Shown: positions 57,264 to 64,000 of the stretch, piece by piece | Layout: each line of letters opens with the position of its first letter | How positions within the stretch are numbered: the stretch's first letter is position 1 | Source: an uncultured beta proteobacterium | GTDB taxonomy: Bacteria > Pseudomonadota > Gammaproteobacteria > Burkholderiales > SG8-39 | DNA: 64,000 nt | Reading direction: 5' to 3' | NCBI GenBank assembly: GCA_963754305.1 | Contig: CAVWFR010000040.1 | Span: 220,584 to 284,583, forward strand | Position numbers and translations under genes: made by a program | The notes under the pieces: model-generated | Told to the model about the DNA's origin: nothing | Database searches by the model: none | What the model saw: the letters and a program-made list of their open reading frames with translations, nothing else

Positions 57264-59183
57264 ATGTGCGGCATAGCCGGATTCTTCGGCACGAGGCTCG
57301 TCGACCCGGCGGTCCCGGAGCGGATGCTGGACGCCATACGGCGTCGCGGCCCCGATGCGCGGCACGCGCTGCTGTGGGACGCGCGATTTCGCGAGACCGC
57401 GGGCGGCGTCGCGAATGCCTTGCTGCACGCGCGCCTGTCGATCATCGATCCGCGGCCGGAAGCCGATCAGCCGATGGCGAACGACGCGGGCGACATCTGG
57501 ATCTCGTACAACGGCGAGGTCTTCGACTGGCAGGCCGACGCCGACGGGCTCCGGCGCGAGGGCGTGGTCTTCCGCACGCGCTCCGACACGGAGTACATCC
57601 TGCGGAGCTACGAAGCGCGCGGGATCGATTTCCTACCGCGGCTGCGCGGGATGTTCGCATTCGCGATCGTCGATCTCCGTACGCAACGGGTGCTGCTGGT
57701 GCGCGACCGGATGGGCGTGAAGCCGCTCGTCTACGCCCATCACGACGGCGAGCTCGCGTTCGGCTCGACGGTGCGCGCGGTGCTGCCGTATCTGCCTGCT
57801 GCGCGGCGCGGGTTCTCCGCCGAGGCGATCGACGCTTACCTCGCGCATCGCTACGTGCCGGCGCCGCGTACGATCCTCGGCGCGGTGTCTCGGCTGGAGA
57901 ACGGCCACTACCTCGAGCTCGACCTCGCGACGGGGCGGCTCGCGAAGCACCGCTACTGGCGTCCCCGGCCCGAGCCGGGCGATTGGCGCGCGACGCTCGA
58001 TCACGCGGTGAAGATCCGCACCGTCGCCGACCGGCCGCTCGGGATCTTCCTCTCGAGCGGTGTCGACTCGAGCGTGCTCGCCTGCCGCCTGGCGGCACAG
58101 GGCTTCCGCGACCTGCATACCTTTACCGCGGCCTTTCCCGGCAGCGAGATGGACGAGGCGCCCGACGCGAATGCGTTCGCCGAAGCGATCGGGCTGCCGA
58201 ATCACGCGGTGCCGGTGCCGCAGACGATCGCGGGCGATTTCGAGCGCATCGTCGCCGATCTCGACGAGCCGTTTGCGGATCCGAGCGCGTTTCCGATGTG
58301 GTACCTGTCGCGCGCGACCGTCGACCACGTGAAGGTGGTGCTCGGCGGCGACGGCGGCGACGAGCTTTTCGCGGGCTACAAGCGCTATGGCCGGCATCTG
58401 CGCAGCGCGTGGCGGCGCGGGGTGCGCGTTCCCGGGCTAGCAGTCCGGCCGGCGCTCGAAGGCAAGGGCTGGCCGAAGATCGCGGCCGAGGCCGGCATGG
58501 ACTGGCGCGAAGCGTACAGCCTGCGCTTCTCCGGCTTCACGCCCGGCCAGCGGCTGTACCTGCAGCCCGGACGGCCGCCCGGGCCGCCGACCTGGTGGCG
58601 CCTCGACGAGGCGGCGCCGGCGGATGCGCTCGCGAGTCTGCTTGCGGTCGACATGGACAACTACTTCCCCGAGTACATCCTGCGCAAGGGCGATCTCTGC
58701 ACCATGGCGCACGGGCTCGAGCTCCGCACGCCGCTGCTCGATCACGTGTGGTACCAGCAACTGCTCGCGCTGCCCCCGGCGCAGCGGTTCACCACGCCGC
58801 CGAAGCTTCTCCTCGGCGAAGCGTGCAAGCCGTGCATCGAGATGGGGCTTTTCACCCGCAAGAAGCGCGGCTTCAACCCGCCGCTCGAGCAATGGCTGCG
58901 CGAGGACCTCGCGGAGCGCCTCGCCGGGCTGGGGAAGCGGCTCGCGGATTCGAGCAGCGGACAGCTCGATGCGCGGGCGGTGGACGCCGTGCTCGAGCAC
59001 TACGCGCGCGGTGCGCGGCACATGGCGGAGCAGGTGTTGCAGCTTCTCGTCCTCGACGAATCGCTCCGGCAACTGCGGGATCACCGCCCCGAGAAGGGCC
59101 GCGACCCGGAGCGAGCGGGGTTAGCGGCGCTCCAAACTTTCCGCTCCGCCGTCGCTTCGCCGCCCCCCTTGTCAGGCGGGTAG
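57264..59183 (+). CDS. asparagine synthase family amidotransferase 2
   Basis: ATG at 57264 (MCGIAGFFG) within ORF 57159..59183. Motifs RRGPD, ARLSIIDP and FLSSGVDSS. The last ~15 codons are supplied by a REP-like repeat. Confidence 0.85.
   Translation: MCGIAGFFGTRLVDPAVPERMLDAIRRRGPDARHALLWDARFRETAGGVANALLHARLSIIDPRPEADQPMANDAGDIWISYNGEVFDWQADADGLRREGVVFRTRSDTEYILRSYEARGIDFLPRLRGMFAFAIVDLRTQRVLLVRDRMGVKPLVYAHHDGELAFGSTVRAVLPYLPAARRGFSAEAIDAYLAHRYVPAPRTILGAVSRLENGHYLELDLATGRLAKHRYWRPRPEPGDWRATLDHAVKIRTVADRPLGIFLSSGVDSSVLACRLAAQGFRDLHTFTAAFPGSEMDEAPDANAFAEAIGLPNHAVPVPQTIAGDFERIVADLDEPFADPSAFPMWYLSRATVDHVKVVLGGDGGDELFAGYKRYGRHLRSAWRRGVRVPGLAVRPALEGKGWPKIAAEAGMDWREAYSLRFSGFTPGQRLYLQPGRPPGPPTWWRLDEAAPADALASLLAVDMDNYFPEYILRKGDLCTMAHGLELRTPLLDHVWYQQLLALPPAQRFTTPPKLLLGEACKPCIEMGLFTRKKRGFNPPLEQWLREDLAERLAGLGKRLADSSSGQLDARAVDAVLEHYARGARHMAEQVLQLLVLDESLRQLRDHRPEKGRDPERAGLAALQTFRSAVASPPPLSGG
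59130..59180 (+). repeat. REP-like repeat, copy F (overlaps the 3' end of the preceding CDS)
   Basis: caaactttccgctccgccgtcgcttcgccgccccccttgtcaggcgggtag. The terminal TAG is the stop codon of the AsnB-like gene. Confidence 0.55.
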
Positions 59184-59192
59184 CGGGCGGCG

Positions 59193-60281
59193 ATGCACAT
59201 CGTTCACACCGAGTCGTCGCACGGGTGGGGGGGCCAGGAGATCCGCATCCTGAGCGAGGCCGAGGGCATGCGCGCGCGCGGTCACCGCGTGACGCTGATC
59301 GCACCGGCGAGCGCGCGCATTCACGGCGAGGCGCGCCGGCGCGGGCTCGACGCGGTGGACCTGCCGATCGCGCGCAAGCGGCCGGGCGGCGTCGTGGCGC
59401 TGCGGCGCTGGCTGGCCGCGAATCCGGTCGACGTCGTGAACACGCACAGTTCCATCGACTCGTGGCTGACCGCGCTCGCATGCCGCAGCCTCACGCGCGC
59501 GCCGGCGATCGTGCGCACGCGCCACGTGTCGGCGCCGGTGCCGAAGAATCGCGCAACGCGCTGGCTCTACACCCTGGCGAGCCGCCACATCGTTACGACC
59601 GGCACGGCGCTCCGCCGGACGCTGATCGAGGACAACGGCTTCCCGCCGGAGCGCATCACATCGGTGCCGACCGGGATTTCGGCGGAACGGTTCGCACCTG
59701 GCGACCGCGCCGCGGCGCGCGCCGCAACCGGGCTCCCGGACGATCGGACGCTGGTCGGCATCGTGGCAACGCTCCGCGACTGGAAGGGGCACCAGATCCT
59801 CCTCGAGGCGATGGCGAAGCTCGCGCGCGAACGGCTCGGGCTCGTGATCGTCGGCGACGGCCCGCAACGCGAGGCGCTCGAGGCGCGGATCGCGAGTCTC
59901 GAGCTCGCCGATCGCGTGTGGATGAAGGGCGACCAGCGCGAGGTCGTGCCCTGGCTGCAGTCGTTCGATCTCTTCGCGCTGCCGTCGTACGCCAACGAGG
60001 GAGTCCCGCAAGCCCTCGTTCAGGGGATGCTTTGCGGCCTGGCGTGCGTCACGACGGACATCGGCGCGATCGGCGAGGCGGCGATCGACGGCGAGACGGC
60101 GCTCGTCGTGCCGCCGCGGGACGCCGACGCGCTTGCGCGGGCGATCGGCCGCCTCGCCGCCGACGCCGCGCTGCGGGCGCGGCTCGGCGCAGCCGCGCGT
60201 GCGCATTGCATGGCGCACTTTGGCTATGAGGCGATGGTCGACCGGATGGAAGCGGTGTTCCGCGATGCCGTCCGCGGGTAG
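59193..60281 (+). CDS. glycosyltransferase family 4
   Basis: 362 aa. MHIVHTESSHGWGGQEIRIL and the C-terminal GT4 motif PSYANEGVPQALVQGMLCGLACVTTD. Confidence 0.85.
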   Translation: MHIVHTESSHGWGGQEIRILSEAEGMRARGHRVTLIAPASARIHGEARRRGLDAVDLPIARKRPGGVVALRRWLAANPVDVVNTHSSIDSWLTALACRSLTRAPAIVRTRHVSAPVPKNRATRWLYTLASRHIVTTGTALRRTLIEDNGFPPERITSVPTGISAERFAPGDRAAARAATGLPDDRTLVGIVATLRDWKGHQILLEAMAKLARERLGLVIVGDGPQREALEARIASLELADRVWMKGDQREVVPWLQSFDLFALPSYANEGVPQALVQGMLCGLACVTTDIGAIGEAAIDGETALVVPPRDADALARAIGRLAADAALRARLGAAARAHCMAHFGYEAMVDRMEAVFRDAVRG

Positions 60282-61380
60282 GCGGCTCGGGTTCCGCCTG
60301 CGTGCGCTGCCGCGCGCCGCCTGGGCGCTCGCGCGCACGGCGGGACGTCGGGCGCCGCCGGCCGCCCCGGGGCGTATCCTCGTCGCGCACCATCTTCTGC
60401 TCGGCGACACGCTGATGCTGACGCCGCTGCTGGCGAAGCTGCGCGAGCGGTACCCCGCCGCGGACATCGCGATGACGACGCCGCGCGGCATCGCCCCGAT
60501 CTATCGGGGCTCGCCGTACGGCGTGCGTGCGCTTGCCTACGACACCCGGGATGCGGGCACGTTCGACCTCGCCGAGGCCGCGCGCGGCTTCGATCTCGCG
60601 TACGTCCCCGCGGACAACCGCTTCAGCTGGCTCGCGGCCGCGCTCGGCGCACGCTGGATCGTCGCGTTCGCCGGCGACCGTCCGGCGTACAAGAGCTGGC
60701 CGGTGGACGAGTTCCGCGCCTACCGGGCGACGCCCGCCGCGCTCGGCGACATGACGGCCGACCTGGTCGACGGTCCGCCGCCGCGTCCCTACCGGCCCGA
60801 CGACTGGCCCGATCCGGAGCATTCCGCATTCGAGGGGCCGGAGCGTGCGTACGCGGTGCTGCACGTCGGCGCGAGCACGCCGCTCAAGCTCTGGGAGCGC
60901 GACAAATGGCGCGCGCTGGCGGCGATGCTGGAGCGCCGCGGGCTGCAAGTCGTCTGGAGCGGCGGACGCGGCGAAGAGGGCGAGGTCGCGGCGATCGACC
61001 CGGAGCGCCGCCATCGCTCGTACGCCGGCACGCTCGACCTCGCGCAGATGTGGCATCTCCTCAAGCGTGCGCGGCTCCTCGTGTCGCCGGACACCGGCAT
61101 CGCGCATCTAGGGCGTCTGGTGAACGTCGCGACGGTCACGCTGTTCGGCCCCGGCTCGGCGCTCGTCTGCGGCGCGGGAGAGTTCTGGCGCGAGAGCCCC
61201 TACCGGGCAGTGACGATCCCCGACTTCCCTTGCCGCGACCAGAACGAACTCTTCAAGCGCGAGATCGCATGGCTGAAGCACTGCACCCGCGGCCCGCACG
61301 AATGCCCCGCGCCGCGGTGCATGCAGGCGATCGACGTCGCGCCGGTCGCCGCCGCGATCGATTCGCTGCTCGCGCGATGA
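60265..61380 (+). CDS. glycosyltransferase family 9 (heptosyltransferase-like)
   Basis: ATG at 60265 inside ORF 60133..61380. Motifs ILVAHHLLLGDTLMLTPLLAKLR, KLWERDKWRALAAML and VSPDTGIAHLGRLVNVATVTLFGP. Confidence 0.8.
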   Translation: MPSAGRRLGFRLRALPRAAWALARTAGRRAPPAAPGRILVAHHLLLGDTLMLTPLLAKLRERYPAADIAMTTPRGIAPIYRGSPYGVRALAYDTRDAGTFDLAEAARGFDLAYVPADNRFSWLAAALGARWIVAFAGDRPAYKSWPVDEFRAYRATPAALGDMTADLVDGPPPRPYRPDDWPDPEHSAFEGPERAYAVLHVGASTPLKLWERDKWRALAAMLERRGLQVVWSGGRGEEGEVAAIDPERRHRSYAGTLDLAQMWHLLKRARLLVSPDTGIAHLGRLVNVATVTLFGPGSALVCGAGEFWRESPYRAVTIPDFPCRDQNELFKREIAWLKHCTRGPHECPAPRCMQAIDVAPVAAAIDSLLAR

Positions 61381-62306
61381 TCCGGCGCTTCGTCCGCAAG
61401 CTGCGCGGCAACGAGCTCGAGCGCATTCTCCGGCGCGCCGCCGCGCGCGGCGCGCGACGGTGCCCGCTTTCCTGCCTCGTGTACTGGAACCGCGGGCTCG
61501 GCGACATTCCGCTCGGTCTTTACGCGCTCTTCCAGAGAGTGCGCGAGGTGCTGCCCGGGGCGGAGGTCGCGGTGCTGACGCGTGCCGACCTCGCGGAAGC
61601 GTTCGAGCTGCTCGGGGTCGACCGTGTCATCGTCGATCGCACGCTCGTGCGGGACGAGGAAGACGGATTCCGGCGCGCTTGCGAGCGCACCGGGACCGGA
61701 CCGCGCACGTTCGACGTGGTGCTCGAATGGCCGGATCCCACCGAGTGGGTCGCGTGGCAGCTCGGGACGGTCGTACCCCGGCTCACGCTGAAAGCGGCGC
61801 ACGACGCGCTGTGGCGGAACTTCGGCCTCGACGAGCAGCGCATCTATGTCGCGGCGCACGTGAACACCGAGACCGCGCAGTTCTACGGCTACGTGAAGGA
61901 CTGGCCGGCGGAGCGGTGGCGCGAGCTTTTCGCGGCGCTCGGCGCGGACGCGAGCTGTCTCCTGGTTGGGCACGCGCGCGAGCCGCGATTCGACGCCGCC
62001 AACATCGTCGATCTGCGCGGGGAGACCACGCTCACCGAGATGTTGTCTATTCTCGGGCACCGCTGCCGGGTGCTCGTCGCGCCGGATGGCGGCGTGCTCA
62101 CCATGGCCTACTACCTCGATCGCGCGTTCCCGCTCACGATCGTCTCGCTCTGGTCCGATCCGCGGCAGGGGATCCTCAAGCAGGCGGTGGCGTCGCCGAA
62201 CCCGCTGCTGCGGCACGTTCCGCTCATCGGCGAGGGCGAAGACGTCCGCCGCATCCCGGTCGCCGACGTGCTGCGCCATGTTCGCGCCGGGCTCGTGGAC
62301 CGATGA
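61377..62306 (+). CDS. GT9-like protein (divergent heptosyltransferase fold), function unknown
   Basis: ATG at 61377 (ATGA overlap). Motifs YWNRGLGDIPLGLYALF, KDWPAERWRELFAAL and VLVAPDGGVLTMAYYL resemble GT9 blocks but are divergent. Confidence 0.55.
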   Translation: MIRRFVRKLRGNELERILRRAAARGARRCPLSCLVYWNRGLGDIPLGLYALFQRVREVLPGAEVAVLTRADLAEAFELLGVDRVIVDRTLVRDEEDGFRRACERTGTGPRTFDVVLEWPDPTEWVAWQLGTVVPRLTLKAAHDALWRNFGLDEQRIYVAAHVNTETAQFYGYVKDWPAERWRELFAALGADASCLLVGHAREPRFDAANIVDLRGETTLTEMLSILGHRCRVLVAPDGGVLTMAYYLDRAFPLTIVSLWSDPRQGILKQAVASPNPLLRHVPLIGEGEDVRRIPVADVLRHVRAGLVDR

Positions 62307-63525
62307 GCGGGCCGGCGCGCCCGCCGGGCGCCGAGCGCGTCGCACGCGCAGCGCTCGCGCCAGCGTGCATCTTCCTCTTCGTGCTGCCGATCACCCACAC
62401 CGTGGCGATCCGCACCATCGCGCTCGCGCTCGTCGCGATCTGCGCGGGCTACCTCTGGTGGCGCGAGCGGCCGCCGCCGCCGCGGCTGCTGTTGATCGCG
62501 CTGGCGGCGTGGGCCGGCGTCGCGACCGCGACGCTCGCGTGGACGATCGATCTCGAGTACTCGCGCGGCGAGGTGCGAAACGAGGTCGGCTATCCGATCG
62601 TCGCGTTCCTCGCTTTCTTCGTCCTCACCCGCGACGCGGCACGCTGGCGGCTGTGGCAGCGGACGCTCGTCGTCACCGCGCTGGTGATCGCGGCGTATGC
62701 GTACTACAACGTCCTGCGGCACGGCGATTGGTACACGAAGGCGTACATCGGGGATCGCAACGCCTACAGCACCTACGCCACGTTGATCGTGCCGGTGCTG
62801 CTCGTCGCAGCGCTCGACCGGCTCCAGAACGCGCAGTGGCGGGTGATCGCGGGGGTGGCCCTGGCGCTCACGCTGGGGGCGGGCGTGCTCACGCAGAACC
62901 GCATCATGTGGGTCGCGCTCCTCGTCGCCGCGCTCGTGCTGCTCGCGACGCGCTTTCGCTGGCGCGAGGTGAGCCGCGGCGGGCGCACCGCGGTGGTCGT
63001 CGCGGTGTTCGCGCTGGGCGGAGCCGGTGCGGCGCAGATCGCAACGGTCAGCGGTGGCAAAACGACGGCGCCCGCCGGAGCGACGCTCAAAGCGCAGCTC
63101 GAATCCGATCCGCGGGTGAAGATCTGGCGCTATGCCGTCGACCGCGCCGCGGAGCGGCCGTGGCTGGGGTATGGCTACGGGCGGGGGATCCTGCGCAAGG
63201 ATTTCCTGGCGAACCTCGGCGGCGACGAGCTGTACTGGCACAGCCACAACATGCTGCTCAACCATGCGCTCGAGGGCGGCATCGTGCTCGTCGCGGCGCT
63301 GGTCGCGGTGCTCGCGACGCTCGGACACGCTCTGTGGCGGGGGTCGAGGGATGGAACCGCTACCGCGGCCTCGGCTGTTGCGGCGTTGTGCTCGCGGTGC
63401 TCGCGGCCGCGCTCGTGAAGAGCCTCACCGACGACATCCTGGTGCGCGAGACCTCGCTCCTGCTGTGGTCGCTCGCCGGAATGGCGCTGGGGCTCGCTGC
63501 CTCTCGCCCCCCGTCAAGGGGGTAG
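62303..63525 (+). pseudogene. O-antigen ligase (WaaL/Wzy_C) family membrane protein, one frame break near the C-terminus
   Basis: ATG at 62303 (ATGA overlap). A polytopic protein with the block GYGYGRGILR...YWHSHNMLLNHALEGG. The frame changes at the G5 run 63339-63343. With G6 the protein would continue LWRGVEGWNRYRGLGCCGVVLAVLAAALVKSLTDDILVRETSLLLWSLAGMALGLA... to the TAG at 63525. Confidence 0.75.
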
Positions 63526-63553
63526 GTGCTTCGTGAAACGGAGCGGGGTTTTC
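63503..63553 (-). repeat. REP-like repeat, copy C
   Basis: The reverse complement aaaaccccgctccgtttcacgaagcacctacccccttgacgggggg aligns with copy A. Its plus-strand form supplies the last codons and the TAG of the ligase gene. Confidence 0.65.
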
Positions 63554-63608
63554 AGGCCACCGCAGACGCCCCGGCGCGCTAACGCTCGGCACCCCCGTGA
63601 GGGAGGCA

Positions 63609-64000
63609 TTAGGTACCGGCCCGGCGCGCGGGAAGCGCCGCCGCGACTGCGCCGGTCGGCGCGTACTCGGGGATCCGCTGCAACAGTCCCGCGCGGACCT
63701 CGTCGTCGGCAAGCAATCGCTCGGACTCGAGCCAACGCACCGCCTCCGCCACCCACGCGCGCGATGGCGCGACCTGCGCCTTCATCACGCGCAGCTTGGG
63801 GTGCGGCGTCACGAGCGTGCGCTCGTCGTCGGCGAGCAGCTCCTCATAGAGCTTCTCCCCCGGCCGTAGGCCGGTGAACTCGATCCGCACGTCGCTCTCC
63901 GAGAGCCCGGAGAGGCGGATCAGCTCGCGCGCGAGATCGGCGATCTTCACCGGCTCGCCCATGTCGAGCACGAAGATCTCCCCGCCGCGGCCCATCAGCC
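63609..64000 (-). CDS. CapD/WbpM-type polysaccharide biosynthesis protein (NDP-sugar 4,6-dehydratase/epimerase), C-terminal part; gene continues beyond window end
   Basis: ORF 63609..63995 with no stop before the window edge. The block [28 protein letters not shown]...[17 protein letters not shown] is the conserved CapD C-terminal block. Confidence 0.8.
   Translation of the reverse strand, partial: LMGRGGEIFVLDMGEPVKIADLARELIRLSGLSESDVRIEFTGLRPGEKLYEELLADDERTLVTPHPKLRVMKAQVAPSRAWVAEAVRWLESERLLADDEVRAGLLQRIPEYAPTGAVAAALPARRAGT

Overview
GC-rich (~70% by eye) chromosomal segment, most likely from a betaproteobacterium: it has two Bug/TctC receptors, argS-SPOR-dsbA-SDR synteny and a zapB-zapA-6S RNA arrangement. 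I count about 60 genes. I recognised no rRNA, tRNA, IS element, prophage or CRISPR array.

Gene order:
- 1-5.5 kb: LysE exporter, ivd, MBL hydrolase, phaC, EamA transporter.
- 5.4-8.1 kb: PAP2 phosphatase and LTA-synthase-family transferase, both frame-broken.
- 8.2-10.9 kb: AtuA-like gene shredded by many +1 frame switches, its small partner gene, and a Bug receptor.
- 10.9-17.5 kb: BtuF-like protein, SDR, dsbA, SPOR protein, argS, bactofilin (frame-broken), GNAT, DUF3253, and a small bTHX gene that is absent from the ORF track.
- 17.5-26.9 kb: RidA and a CDA-type deaminase, then a tightly coupled operon. It has three paralogous amidohydrolases, an amino-acid-type ABC importer, a PuuE-like hydrolase, a 53-aa amidase-like remnant and a second Bug receptor.
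- 27-33 kb: czcCBA with a PII-like gene.
- 33-38.7 kb: secreted methyltransferase, priA, a DnaA-box cluster, hemE, EVE protein, 6S RNA, zapA and a zapB-like gene.
- 39-50 kb: cobalamin salvage and uptake (cobT, cobC, cobS, btuC, btuD, btuF, cobD, cbiB, cobQ, cobU, btuB) with a clear cobalamin riboswitch in front of btuB.
- 50-64 kb: LPS core / O-antigen-ligase cluster. It contains GT9 and GT4 transferases, a second BtuF paralogue, msbA, two AsnB-like amidotransferases, a waaL-like ligase and a partial CapD-like gene.

Main hunt results:
1. The three-amidohydrolase operon is a candidate uncharacterised N-heterocycle catabolic pathway.
2. A roughly 45-bp REP-like repeat family has at least 7 copies, some of which supply gene 3' ends.
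3. At least 7 genes carry single-base frame breaks, several plausibly in short G/C runs. One of them is msbA, which is usually essential, so assembly error must be excluded before any pseudogene is called.
4. msbA has a 15-nt tandem repeat at its 5' end.
5. Three DnaA boxes lie upstream of priA.

All functional calls rest on motif and family recognition by eye. No database search was run.
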